Source: Octopus vulgaris (taxonomy: Eukaryota). Taken from it: a DNA stretch of 64,000 nucleotides. Below the pieces are notes generated by a model, which did no database searches, was not told the DNA's origin, and worked only from the letters and a program-made list of their open reading frames with translations. A program made the translations under genes and the position numbers. The stretch covers positions 31,062,001-31,126,000 of the forward strand of contig OX597821.1 in assembly GCA_951406725.2 (NCBI GenBank), given 5' to 3'. The first letter of the stretch is position 1. The number at the start of each line of letters is the position of its first letter. Shown piece after piece: positions 14,506 to 27,579 of the stretch.

Positions 14506-15699
14506 TTAGTAGTATTATCTTTGAGAAAAAAACAGTTGATTGAAAAACAAACAGTGAGAAAATAGAATATATTGTAAGACAATTATTTTCATGGTTATTC
14601 CATTATTCCATATGAATCATTTGGCAGATGGGAACTCCCATCTTTCTTTATAACTGGGTACAGGAATATGTTTTAGTAGAAAGCAACAATCACATCTTTT
14701 AAGTTATCGAATGAGTTGCAAGCTTTTTACAGAAGGTGCGTCAGACACCTGTAATCAAACACATATATATTAGTTTCTTTTCTTTCTTTTTTTTTTGAAA
14801 AGTAATAACATGCAACTTTAATCTCATCGTGAGAAATGGGGGTTTTTTAGGAATTTCATAATTCTTACTTTAGTCATTCTGAATCAGCATTGACGTTTTT
14901 GAACAGTATCTTAGCATACTTTCTAGTACGATGAAGCAGTCACTTTAGCGTCTCATGGATCCATGATCACACTTAATTCTGATCTATTGCAAGTCATTGA
15001 ACCGAATATTCATATCAGGACACATATTTTTCAAATTCACACTCTGCATAAAGTGTTCAGTATAAATAAGAACCAAACATGTACCATCTTATAATTAGGA
15101 GAGAACATCTTCAGGTTTCTCAATGAAACAAGACCATTGCTGCGAGATGTTTCTTAACACAATGTGAGAATACATTTTTCAACAAAGTACTATTTTAATA
15201 ATACTAATAATGCTGATAAAATACAAGCTTCCTCACATCAATGGAATATTCGGGAACCTTCTTGCTTGCCACAAGTAACACAAAATTCTCAAAGTGTGAA
15301 AATCAATTTTATTAGGAAGGAAAACCTATTGACATCCATCACGTTTTCTGCTTCGCTACATTAAAAACATGTCAGTGCCATCATATTCCCCATTATGACA
15401 AAAGTAAAACACCTTTCCTTCGATATTGATGGTGGTATTACAAAGGTAACGCCTTCTGACACAATTCTCACCAATTTGTTCAAAGTCATATGGGGATACC
15501 TGCAGTCTGTGCAGCATGCTTCAACTCAAAATTTCGCAAAAAAGCATTTTAAGACCCTGTGCTTATCAACCATAAATACAATTCTACCATCTATACAAGA
15601 ATATCTATCTGTGAGAGAAAATATATTTTAAAGCAAAATTCATTAATAATGGATTGAAATTCTGCCCAAGGCTAGCAATTTCAAGAAATGGGAACAATT

Positions 15700-15860
15700 C
15701 AATTATGTGTACTCAAGTACGCAATTCAAACTTATTTTATCGACCCCGAAAGGATGAGAGACAACATCGATCATGGCGGAATTTGAAATCAGAACGTAAA
15801 AACAGACGAAATGCCGTTTAGCATTTTGTCCTGCATGTTAACGATTCTACCGGCTCATTT
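15700..15860 (-). mobile_element. SINE family A-related fragment
   Basis: ttatcgaccccgaaaggatga...ggcggaatttgaa..cagaacgta is the reverse complement of the family A head and core. Confidence 0.75.
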
Positions 15861-15994
15861 TCATATCTAATTCTTTAGTAATACTTTCAACCTTAGTATG
15901 TGGCATAATGTCCAAGTGAATATCATTCTCTCTTGTGTTTGATTATCAGTCGCAAAATATTATCATGTAAAATAGATTGATTGATTTGGAATTC

Positions 15995-16102
15995 ATTCAT
16001 CCTTTCGAGGTCGATAAAGTAAGTACCAGCTGAGTAATGGGTTCGATGTAAACGATTAGCCCTCTCCCTCAAATTTCCAGGCCTTGTGCTAATGGTAGAA
16101 AG
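15995..16102 (+). mobile_element. SINE family A-related 3' fragment
   Basis: ttcatcctttcgaggtcgataaagtaagtaccag core. Confidence 0.7.
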
Positions 16103-16214
16103 CTTTCTAGAGTAAAAAAAATCAGAGCATCCAACCAGAGTTTGAGAGGTACGTAGCTTGCTGGCCTCTGATTTCGAACTGAAAACTGAGAAAAAAATGT
16201 GAAAAAAAAAAACT

Positions 16215-16370
16215 TACATCAACCCCAGTACTTGGAAGATATTTTATTTTATCGACCCAGAAATTATGAAAGAATATACTGACTTCAACAATATATGAAC
16301 TCAGTTCATAAAAAGCCAGAAAAAAAAAAAACGCTGAACATTTTGTCCGATGCACTGACAATTACCGTCA
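16215..16370 (-). mobile_element. Degraded SINE family A-related fragment
   Basis: ttacatcaaccccagta...ttttatcgaccc reverse-complement core. Confidence 0.6.
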
Positions 16371-17772
16371 AATCAACCCCTGCTACTAATGTATACTAAT
16401 ATGCCCATGGCTAAAACTTCTTTTTAGAAGCAATTAATTATTATTACTCTTGAAAGCTAAATAAATTCGGTGTTTTTTTTTTTATGTTTCACAGCTGAAC
16501 TGTAGAGAGGAGAGTTCTTTTTCACCCGGTAGATAATATCGATATTAAGGTAGTGTGAATGGTAAAATATAGGTTTTGGAACTGCGATATCATATGAAAT
16601 CGATCGTTAACTTAACGGGCTTTTTTTATAACAAAAAAAAGAAGAAGTTAGATCTAAGCCATAATTATCACAAGTAAAACTTTTCAATTTGAAATAGCAG
16701 GTCTTGGTTTGTATTTCATAGAAGCGATAAACAAATATTTATTAGAAAATCGAAACAAAATGCTGAACACGTAATTTTTTAAAGATTACACATCCAGATC
16801 ACTTGCCAACTCTTATTCCTTTGATCTTCAAATATCATATCAGTTTTTTATGTCTTCCAATAAATAACCATAGATAAATCACAGACACGTTTCTTTTAAG
16901 TTATTCTATAGAAATTTACTTGGCAAATCAATGAATAGTATAAACCGCTCATTAACACAATGTTTAGGTTGGCCCTTTTCCGGAATATGTAACTTAATAA
17001 AAAAAACTTGTAACGAAACTATCGAAAAGTTCTACTTCAATACAGATATATGCATAAATTTATAACTATATAATTCAGACAAATTTATACTTTTCTAGTT
17101 ATATATGGGCATAGGAGTGGTGAAAATAAAAGATGTTATATTGAATTATATACATGAATATATAGATTCAAAATATACACACACTTCCAAATATAAAAAA
17201 AATGTGCACACAGATGCACATATAGATAGAGGCTTTCTCAGTTGTATTGTATACATATGGGGCCTTTGTGTATGCTTTCTTATTAATACGTGTCCTATTT
17301 GTATTTTAATGAATTACAATAGTGTTTTCGATTCTTCTGTAAATGGAAGTAGCGTATATTTGTTGATTAAAAGGTTTAGGGACGTCATTTTAAAATTAAC
17401 ACATCTCCATTTCTCACTTGAATATTTCAGGTCTTCGGATGTAAGAGTTTGGTGAAAGATTGAAAGAAGATACCAAAATTCGAATCGAACCTGTATTGAT
17501 CCTGTACAAACACAGATTAGTCCCTGAACAAACATGTCTTCCTCGAAGATACGGTCTTTGCAAAAATGAAAGTGCTTCAAATGTTGACATATAAGAGATT
17601 TATATCCGAAAAGCATTGCTCAGGAATACCAGAAGTGGAAATTCCCAGTGCCTATGCTTAGAGTTACAAGAGACTTGCACTTCCTCAGTATTTCAGTCTG
17701 TCTGTTTCTATCTATATACATATATATATATATGTGTATATGCATACATGCGCGCGCATATACATACATACG

Positions 17773-17853
<81 letters not shown>

Positions 17854-17879
17854 GTATGTATAAATCCGTCTTTATACGC

Positions 17880-18170
17880 AAAGAAAAGTGGGCGGTTTAG
17901 TTTAAGAGTGGAAGGAAGTAGTCTTGAGGTGCCCTAAGGTCTGGACGTCCTACAACTGCCATGAACAAGGAATATCTTGATCTTGTTCACCACATGTTGA
18001 TGGATTACAGGCGACTGACTATAAAAGAAATGATCTATATGCCAATGGTATCAGCTTACCAAGTGACAGAGTTGAGAATATCCTGAATAATGAATGTAAT
18101 ATGATGAAGGTTTCTGCTCGTTGTGTTCCACGTCTTCTGACATATGATGATTTGGCCTTCTCTGACTAAT
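17880..18170 (+). mobile_element. Mariner transposase N-terminal relic
   Basis: KWAV*FKSGR...RSGRPTTA...RRLTI...VENILNNEC..MKVSARCVPRLLT (degenerate WVPxxL motif). Confidence 0.8.
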
Positions 18171-18330
18171 CTGTACCCCCAAAACGAAAGAAAAAACCAC
18201 TCGGCCGAAAACCAGCATCGCAGTGAATATGACGTCACATCTGTTGTTTATAAACATTTTGACTAACATGATGAAAGTTCCTTCCACAATGGGGGTCTAT
18301 GAATTGCATATATATATATATATATATATA

Positions 18331-18636
18331 GAAGAAAAAGAAGAAGAAGAAGAAGAAGAAGAAGAAGAAGAAGAAGAGGAAGAGGAAGGAGAAGAAGAAG
18401 AAGAAGAAGAAGAAGAACAACAACAACAACAACAGCAACAACAACAACAGCAACAAGAACAAGAACAAGAAGAACAAAAAGAAGAGTTTCATTATGTTGA
18501 TGATGGTGAATCTATGTTGGCTTAGAAGAATCTTGATATTGTGGACGTCGTTTTGGCTGCTGTATGTGGCTGATGTCTACTTCTTCTTTTTCCTTTTCTT
18601 CTTCTTCTTCTTCTTCTTCTTCTTCTTCTTCTTCTC

Positions 18637-18667
<31 letters not shown>

Positions 18668-18703
18668 TTCTTCTTCTTCTTCTTCTTCTTCTACTTCTTC
18701 TTC
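18331..18703. repeat. (GAA)n/(CAA)n tract and downstream (TTC)n tract in inverted orientation
   Basis: 18331-18485 and 18579-18703, direct reading. Confidence 0.95.
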
Positions 18704-18934
18704 ATCCAATCAGGAGTTGCGCCATTAGCCACAAAGAATAATCTCTAAATCGACCCTACTCTAAGCTAATATGAATGCGTGTGGCAACTTGAAGATTCAT
18801 CCTCCACGCGCGGTGCATGGGCGCAAAAGCTACGTTGTTATCCTCATTCAGTAAACGGTGTATTTTAACGGATGGAGAGGTGAACCATCGTGGGGTACAG
18901 AGGATTCGCATTCTAGACTAGTGTCTGAAAGTTT

Positions 18935-19162
18935 ACCATATCATAGTGGGTTACACAATTGTTACTCTGCTTTGTGGCAGAAGTAGGAAGAAAGAGTGAG
19001 AGAAAGTTGTGGTGAAAGAGTACAGCGGGGTTCATCTCCCCATTGCCGGAGCTTCGTGGAGCTTAGCTGTTTCTGCTCAATAAGAACTCAAGATATTCGG
19101 TCTGGGAATCGAAACCGCGTTCTTACGACCGCTGCCCTAACCACTGGGCCATTTCGCCTCCA
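18935..19162 (-). mobile_element. SINE family C
   Basis: Ends ccctaaccactgggccatt.cgcctcc, the reverse complement of the family C head. Confidence 0.85.
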
Positions 19163-20668
19163 AATGTAAACACAGAAACATCTATGTTTTAGGGTAGCAA
19201 ATGTATACAAGCTAATATTTTCTCATGCATGCACACAGTCAAAACATTTGAGAGGGAAGCCTTGTGTTATCAGTTCCAAACATCGAAATACACACACTGA
19301 AACATCAAACTACACACACACACACATTAATATGTGCGTACACAGATCTGTGTGTTTCTAAGTGTACGCTTGCTGACCCTCACCTACGTGATAAGTGTGT
19401 GGCATATGGCTACTTACGTGAGTGCACGTGTGGTTTTAATATGTATTTTACAGAAAGGTGTAATGAAGAGGTGAATGTCTACGAATGCATGAAGGTAACT
19501 CATACCAATGTCAGCAAACATTGTGTTTTGCGATTGTTGTTCTTCCACTGGAATCAATGCAACTAGATCGATCATCCTAAACGATAGCCTAATTACAATA
19601 ACTTAAATTTGATTTACTTCCTCACACGTTTCTCTATATTTTAGTCATTTTTCTTTTTTTTTTAATTTCTTCTCTTTACTCTCTAAGCATATTTTCTTTA
19701 ATTATTTACTTACGTGCCCAAACAATTTATTTATTTTGTGAACAGATATTGCAGATTTCCTTGCGTTTGTTAATGACATTTTTTCATGATTTACATGTCC
19801 CTTATTTAAATATTTTATTTTGTGAGCATATGTTTCAGTGTTTTATTCATCTTTGTTCACTGCATTTTAATATAAAATGATTTTCTTTGTTTCTTTTTCA
19901 TGTTAATGATGCATTTTAGATACAAATCACATAGGATTTTACTTTTACATGTTTTCTAAATAAAATCTTTGATTCATTATTCATCAGCACTTCCTTCCTT
20001 TCCCACGCTAATAAATCATTAATATCTCTTTTATTTATCTTTGTTCCTTATTGAATTTTCTGCTTCTAATTTGGCAATATTCTACATGTTTTGCAAAAAC
20101 AAATTACTGCATCAGAAGACGCCTATTAACTTAATTATATATTACAATTCATTTTATATTCTGAACTTAAACTCTGTTCTTTGTGGTCCTGAATGCTTAA
20201 TGTATCAATACAACTTAATATTCCCCGAATGGTTTAGTGACTCGTCTTTTGTTTTCTATTTTAAGTTTTTAAAATGTTATCCGCCTGTTCTTGAAATGAA
20301 TCGACTCACCGATTGCGAGAATTAAAATTTTCTTTTTTACGATATTGTTAACATTTAATTAATTACTTTTCCTCATACAGCGCTAATACCACTTGTATGC
20401 AATTACTACCCATGTCACTGGAAATTAGTGCTTGTAATGTTTATTTGTTTGTTTCTTAATAAAGACGAAGATTAATAGTCGTTAGTAGTGCAGTGAGGTT
20501 GACATGCAAGAAGAATATCACGAATAAAAATATATAAATCTTTAGGTAAATGAAGAATTCGCTAATACACCTATTAACAAATCGTTTGTAGAATTCATTA
20601 CTAGTTTGTGATATTTCTTGACATTTGAACACAACAAGGCAACAACGGATAATGATATTAGTAAACCA

Positions 20669-20899
20669 AAGGCGGTGAGCTGGCAGAAACGGTAGCACGC
20701 TGGGCGAAGTGCTTCGCGCTATTTCGCCCATCACTACATTCTGAGTTCAAATTCCGCCGAGGTCGACTTTGCCTTTCATCCTTTCGGGAACATAAATTAA
20801 GTACCAGTTACGCACTGGGGTCGATGTAATCGACTTAATCCCTTTGTCTGTCCTTGTTTGTCCCCTTTATGTTTAGCCCCTTGAGGGTAATAAAGAAAC
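20669..20899 (+). mobile_element. SINE family A
   Basis: Full-length match to 365-596. Confidence 0.9.
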
Positions 20900-21339
20900 A
20901 GATATAACTGTAAAGGATAGTTTTGGAAATAGATAAATGAGATGAGCAACAACTTTCTCCTTGTTAAAATGCTCAGTAACACAATAATTAAGATGGAAAT
21001 GCAATATAATCAAGTAGAAATCGTTCACAAAAAGTATCCACACACGTAAAATGAAATTTGTGATACATCTATATGCATGAATGTATGTATATCATTATTC
21101 AGTTTTATTTCAAGATTCTAAACTAGATCCAAAAATGGACGACACCTCCCTTTCACTCACCACTCACTTTCTCTCTCACTCTCACATTTTCTGTCTTGCT
21201 TCCTCTCTGTCCTTCGCCACTCTCGCTTTGCTACTCACTTCAACTATACCTCCTCTGATTAACACCTTTTATTACTCCTTTTCTTTCTACCTCTCCCTTC
21301 ATCTGTAGAAAAGTAACAGTAACATCCACAGCTATTTGC

Positions 21340-21424
21340 TGAGAGAGAGGGAGAGAGAGAGAGAGAGAGAGAGTTTGTATTAAAGAGTCAGACCGAAAGA
21401 ATAACTGTCAGACGGATACATGAT

Positions 21425-21481
<57 letters not shown>

Positions 21482-21637
21482 GTAGGTATGTATGGATGGA
21501 TAGAAAGATAGATGTAGGTATGTATGGATGGATAGATAGAGAGATAGAGAGAGAGATAGAGAAAGAGAGAGAGATAGAGAGAGATGGATAGATAGACAGA
21601 TAGTGTGAGAGAGAGAGAGATAGACAGAGAGACTGAT
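21340..21637. repeat. (GA)n and (GATA)n/(GGAT)n microsatellites
   Basis: Direct reading. Confidence 0.9.
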
Positions 21638-22128
21638 AGGTAACATTTCTCTTCGCAATTTCCAAATTCTTAACGGCCTTAACATATATCGTCGAAGACG
21701 AAAAGTTTTCCAGCGTTTTCTGCAGGAAAATAGTTCCATTCTTTTTCACTGTTATTTTCTATCCACTCCCTTCCTTCACTCAATCTATCTCCCTAAATCT
21801 TTCTCTTTTTCACTTCCCTCCTCTATGTCTCCTTGTCTCTAACTGTCCTCCTGCGTTTAATGCATTACATTTTTCTTACATCTCACAGCTATCAATCACC
21901 ACACTCTCTCTCACTCTCTCTCCATCGCTCCATCCTCTGTGCCGCTTTGCCTCTCACTCCAACTATACTTCCTCTGCTGCTGTCCCTCCTCTCTCTCCTG
22001 CATTGCCACTAACCTGAACTATACCTGGTCTGCTTAACACCTTTTGTTTCTCTTTGTCTTTGTACCTCTCCCTTCAACCTTTTTTCGTCTTCATTTGAAG
22101 TGTGACACATAGCACAGATTCGTATAAA

Positions 22129-22199
<71 letters not shown>

Positions 22200-22201
<2 letters not shown>

Positions 22202-22384
22202 ATTAGAGACAAAACCACTATTTTGCAAATCAAACAAAGAAAGACTTAATCCAAGACATAAAAAAAAATAATATAAATTAAATAAAATTATATAATTTTA
22301 TTTAATTTATATTAAATTTTTTTTCTGTATTGGATGAAGTCTTTCTTTGTTTGATTTGCAAAATAGTGGTTTTGTCTCTAATTA
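22200..22384. repeat. Near-perfect palindrome (~92-bp arms, essentially no spacer)
   Basis: taattagagacaaaaccactattttgcaaatcaaacaaagaaagactt... mirrored by ...aagtctttctttgtttgatttgcaaaatagtggttttgtctctaatta. Confidence 0.95.
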
Positions 22385-22473
22385 ATATTATATAATATTT
22401 TACTATAAAATTAGATTCAATCCTAAATCTGATTTTCCCTGTAAATTTGGATTTATTCCCTAATATTTATTAT

Positions 22474-22530
<57 letters not shown>

Positions 22531-22531
<1 letters not shown>

Positions 22532-22854
22532 TGAAGGCACGTGGCTTAGTGGTTAGGGGTATTCGGCTCACGATCGTAAGGTCATGAGTTCAATTTCCGG
22601 CGGCGCGTTGTCTCCTTGAACAAGACACTTTATTTCGCCTTGCTCCAGTCGTGTCACCTGGCAAAAATGAGTAGTACCTGTATTTCAGAGGGCCAGCCTT
22701 GTCACACTCCGTGTCACGCTGTATCTCCCCGAGAACTACGTTAAGGGTACACGTGTTTGAGAAGTGCTCAGCGTCTAACAACTTAATTTCACGTGCAAGC
22801 TGTTCCGTTGATCGTAACAGCTGGGACCCCCGTCATCGAAACAGACGCAGTGCT
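22531..22854 (+). mobile_element. tRNA-derived SINE, family D
   Basis: A box tggcttagtggtt and B box gagttcaatttcc, followed by a core-like tccttgaacaagacactttattt. Confidence 0.8.
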
Positions 22855-23039
22855 TCCTTATATATATAAATACAATCTTTTACAACCCTCTTGGTTCTTA
22901 ACTATCTGGTTGTAAGAACATGTCCTGCAATATTTTGTGGTTCACCCCACCTTTCTAACTTAATATTAGAACATATATAAACAAAAACATAATTACACTT
23001 ATCAGCTAATTGCTTTCTGAGCAACGATAGACGTAGAGA

Positions 23040-23600
23040 GATATTTTATAGGCATGATCACATAACGGTGCCTCTCCTTGTGTAATGGTATATATAAGCA
23101 AACACCTGGTGACTCAGAGACTTCCTGGGTGTACATTCAGAAATATATCTAAATATATTCTTGGGCAGGCGTGCGATGTATTCTCCGTTAATTATGAAGC
23201 ACGAAACTATCAATATCTATAAAGCTGAAATGCGATAAAGTTGTTTGATTTCTTGGTAATTTGTCTCAGTTCGGGATAGGAACGGTTTAAAGTGCGGTAG
23301 ATGGGTTCGGATTGGCGCCAAAATTTACATTGTTGGGGGTGGGGGGATAAAATGGGGTTGGCAATTGTGTGAGGAGGGTTGCTAGTCGCTCGAGGCTACC
23401 GTTTGGTTGCAATGGTGAGGAATATGGGAAAAACTGAGTTTTATGGGATAGATAGGTTGTGCTGTTTGAATAATGGTGGCCTTTGCGTGCTGCTGCAGGA
23501 GCTAGAGACTGTTATCTTTAATTATGGGTGTAAAGAGTTGGAGGATTTTGGAAAGGGTGGGGGTAAAGAAGAGGGCAATAAAAAGAACCAGGCAAAGAAG
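23040..23600 (-). mobile_element. Degraded C-rich retroelement relic (unassigned)
   Basis: Composition and decayed Cys/His spacing similar to 9230-9900. No intact motif. Confidence 0.25.
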
Positions 23601-23714
23601 ACGAACAAAAGAAGAAATTAAAAGGAGACAACACACACAAAACAACGCCACCACCAAAACCCGAGCGAAGCAGGGGTCAAAATAGCTATTCAGGTTATAA
23701 TATCTGCTGGGCAG

Positions 23715-24010
23715 AGACCAGCCGTTAACTTGGACTCGTATGAGGAAAATTTAAATCCAGGTACAACAATCATGTTTCAAAACTTAGACGCGCCGAGAAA
23801 TACATGTAATGATCATTTATGTATAAATCCGGAAACTTTGAGATGAGAAGATCAGTTACAGCATCAGGTGGAAGATTCTTTCTAAGACCAAACCCTATAT
23901 TAAATGTTCCGTATGCTCGCTTGACCAACTGTATCTTTAAAAAGAGCTTTACCTCCGGTGAGTGTACAAATGCCGGGAACAAGATCTTTTTATTCTTTAT
24001 GTCTGCGTTT
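23715..24010 (+). mobile_element. Penelope-like element GIY-YIG endonuclease C-terminal relic
   Basis: LGLV*GKFKSRYNNHVSKLR...IRKL*DEKISYSIRWKILSKTKPY..CSVCSL matches the PLE pattern YIG..F K.RY.NH...W.IL..A.PY...C.LC. Confidence 0.75.
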
Positions 24011-24268
24011 TAAAAAATGCAATTTAGCAGAGTTCTAGCATGAAACACTGGGTACATGTTAAAACCATTCCAGTGATAGCTAATTTCATTTGATATACAG
24101 AAGGCACTGTATATGCATGCTGTGTAGTTAATTACTTAATTGCGATTGTATATGTCTTTTTTTTCTAAAAGCGCGTACTCATTGAAACAACGATTTCAGT
24201 AAACCTTTTTTAACAGCTTGATAAATGAGGAAATATATTAATAGTCATATACACATATACACACCTAT

Positions 24269-24316
<48 letters not shown>

Positions 24317-24339
24317 GATAGATGGATAGATATATGTAA

Positions 24340-24377
<38 letters not shown>

Positions 24378-24381
<4 letters not shown>

Positions 24382-24557
24382 AGGATTTACGAAAACAAAA
24401 CAACGAAAGACGAAGACAGGTGGTGTACAAAACAAACAGATGTATTAGTATAACGCCCAGAAATAGAAAAAAGTCTTTTACGTTTCGAGCCTACGCTCTT
24501 CTACAGAAAGGGACACAGAAACAAGGAGAGAAAAAAAGTGTGTGGTGGCTAACGATA
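24378..24557 (-). mobile_element. Short (TA)n-embedded element carrying a hammerhead-like motif (putative PLE pLTR/retrozyme)
   Basis: Flanked by (TA)n on both sides. Second copy at 31055-31247 on +. Motif at 24473-24514. Confidence 0.7.
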
Positions 24558-24580
24558 TATCATGATATATATACATATAC

Positions 24581-24671
<91 letters not shown>

Positions 24672-24968
24672 CATGTACACATAATTAGGAAAAGAAGTAA
24701 TATTCTTGCAACTTACTCCATCTATACATATAGAAATCACGTTTAGAGCCTATCAAATTGGTATAAAACTATCCTGAAATCGAAAATAACTTCACTGCTT
24801 TGTTCTTTTGTCGCTCTGTTTCACGTTGTCTGCCATATTATAAACCCGATACTCTACCAAGCAAATGAAGGATTTTTACCAACTTTTCAACGCAGGCAAA
24901 ATGTTTTTACTTATCTTTGTATCAATGAATATCATACATGCCTACCTTGCTAATATATCTTCAAGAAA

Positions 24969-25412
24969 AGCGTAGGAGTGCCTGTGTGGTAAGTAGCTTG
25001 CTTACGAACCACATGGTTCCGGGTTCAATCCCACTGCGTGGCACCTTGGGCGAGTTTATTCTACTATAGCCTTGGGCCGACCAAAGCCTTGTGAGTGGAT
25101 TTGGTAGACGGAAACTGAAAGAAGCCCGTCGTATATATGTATATTTAATATATATATGTGTATGCTTGTGTGTTGTGTTTGCCCCCCCCCCCCGCCCCGC
25201 ACACACAGAACATCTCTTGACAACCGATGCTGGTGTGTTTACGTCTCCATAACTTTGCGGTTCGGCAAAAGAGACCGATAGAATAAGTATTAGGCTTACA
25301 AAGAATAAATCCTGGGATCGATTTGCTCGACTTAAAGGCGGTGCTCCATCATGGCCACAGTCAAATGACTGAACTGAAACAAGTAAATGAGTAAATGAGT
25401 AAATGAGTAAAT
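24969..25412 (+). mobile_element. tRNA-derived SINE, family B, full length
   Basis: Head gtggtaagtagcttgc...gggttcaatccc, internal TA/GT tract, LINE-like tail ggcggtgctcca.catggcc, (gagtaaat)n terminus. Confidence 0.92.
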
Positions 25413-25844
25413 CGATCGAAATTTGAAACACGGAACAAGTTCTGAATCTGCGCATTATCCTGAATTTCATAACTATAACCAAATATACTTATGCATAATA
25501 ACTAAGAAGCAGACACATAACATATTCTGGTTGTTCAGCCGAAAAGTTAATGATGTCTGCAATGAGCCAAATGCAATAAGCAATAGCATAATACATATAT
25601 CGGTATAGATAAAAGCTGATTACACTCTCTTTTACTTTCCAGCATTGTATTTATATATATACATTATAGTGTACACGTACAAAATGCACACATTTATATA
25701 CATGCAAATTTACATACATACATACGTAAATACACATATACCTACCTATATACATACATAAATACATTAATACCTACATACATTCCTACGTACGTAAGTA
25801 CATACGTACAAATATATGTAAGTATATATGGGCGCATCTATACG

Positions 25845-26088
<244 letters not shown>

Positions 26089-26379
26089 GATGAGTAATGC
26101 TTACAGTTGATGAAACTATTTCGGGAAAAGGTTTATTCTTAATGATATTAATGACAGAAATAAATGTCAACTTCAAGGGACGCTTGACTATTCAGTGTGA
26201 CGATATAGTGTATATTATGTTCTATGAACACTTTGGGAATTATTATGAAGATCAAATGTTAATATTAGAAATTAACAATTATGCACGCAATTCAAATTGT
26301 GGTGATTTCATCGACCGATAACTAGATGAAAAGATTACAATCGGTGATGTATAGAAAGCAGATGCCTGTATAAATTCAT

Positions 26380-26453
26380 ATGTGTGTATATATATATATA
26401 TATATGTATGTATAAATATATATATATATATACATATATATATGTATAAATAA

Positions 26454-26498
<45 letters not shown>

Positions 26499-26651
26499 TA
26501 TATATACATGTACAAATATGTATGTAAATATGTATAAATATATATATATATGTATATATATATATGTATATATGTATATATATATGTATATATGTATATA
26601 TATGTATATATATATATGTGTGTACATATGTATATATATATATATGTATGC

Positions 26652-26714
<63 letters not shown>

Positions 26715-26760
26715 CATGTGTGTGTATGTGCATGTACATGCATATATACATACCTACATT
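26380..26760. repeat. Long degenerate (TA)n/(TATG)n tract
   Basis: Direct reading. Confidence 0.95.
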
Positions 26761-27134
26761 CTTGTATGTATATGTTGTTGACTATTTGGGAAAGATAACA
26801 ATTGAAGGAAAAACAAAAAGAGAAAATGAATAAAACCAAGAACAGGTGGACATCAATCAGCGAAAACAGACATTAATGCAAATAATATAAATATATCGAC
26901 AGTTATAGTAGCACAGTATTGTAAAATTTACATAGAGCAATTTATTTCATGCTAAATCTCTTCACGGTAACATATAATCTCATAACCGGTAGGGAGGCAA
27001 TAAAATGTTTAAGTAACAGATAACTTCAGGAGGAAAAATAAAAGATCCTGCAAACATACTTGTCGTGAGTGTGTTGAGACATAAATAAACTCCTAGGATC
27101 CTATAATATTATCAGAGCCTGTATTTCCGTAACT

Positions 27135-27210
<76 letters not shown>

Positions 27211-27214
<4 letters not shown>

Positions 27215-27412
27215 TTAATCCAAACATGAAAACACAAAGCGAGAGCACAACAGCGTGAGGACGTGGAACAAGTATAGTATTATTGGATGCTCAGGAATAA
27301 GGAAAGAAGGAAGGCTTAACGTTTCAAGCGGAGCTCTTCGTCAGAAACATAGGAAAAGGAAAGATTCAAAGAAGGGAAGACGGGGGAAAAAATCGCGAAC
27401 GGTACACACGCG

Positions 27413-27415
<3 letters not shown>
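27211..27415 (-). mobile_element. Short (TA)n-embedded element with hammerhead motif
   Basis: Bounded by long (TA)n on both sides. Motif at 27314-27348. Confidence 0.7.
27314..27348 (-). ncRNA. Minimal type I hammerhead-ribozyme-like motif
   Basis: Minus strand reads GUUU CUGACGA A GAGC UCC GCUU GAAAC GUU AAGC. Stems I and II pair, and stem III is the palindromic ACGU type. Confidence 0.65.
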
Positions 27416-27466
<51 letters not shown>

Positions 27467-27536
27467 TGGCAAATATACTTCACGCTTACCTGCTTATACT
27501 GTTCGTACCTTCGTCAGAAATTTATTATTGGTTATG

Positions 27537-27579
<43 letters not shown>

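Noticed and set aside
14580-15620. Coding-looking minus-strand stretch (e.g. PYDFEQIGENCVRRRYLCNTTINIEGKVFYFCHNGEY), possibly a decayed DNA transposase
   Set aside because: Multiple stops and no motif I can assign reliably. Needs BLASTx.
21145-22085. Two diverged pyrimidine-rich segments (~21145-21305 and ~21890-22080) sharing caactatac and ttaacaccttt
   Set aside because: Low complexity. Probably old repeat fragments with no interpretable structure.
22531-22605. tRNA-like A/B boxes here and in other SINE heads
   Set aside because: They continue into SINE bodies and lack full cloverleafs, so they are not tRNA genes.
26097-26321. ORF with LTVDE and FKGR, reminiscent of piggyBac transposase
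   Set aside because: Motif spacing is wrong and no other piggyBac motifs or TTAA/TIR ends are seen.
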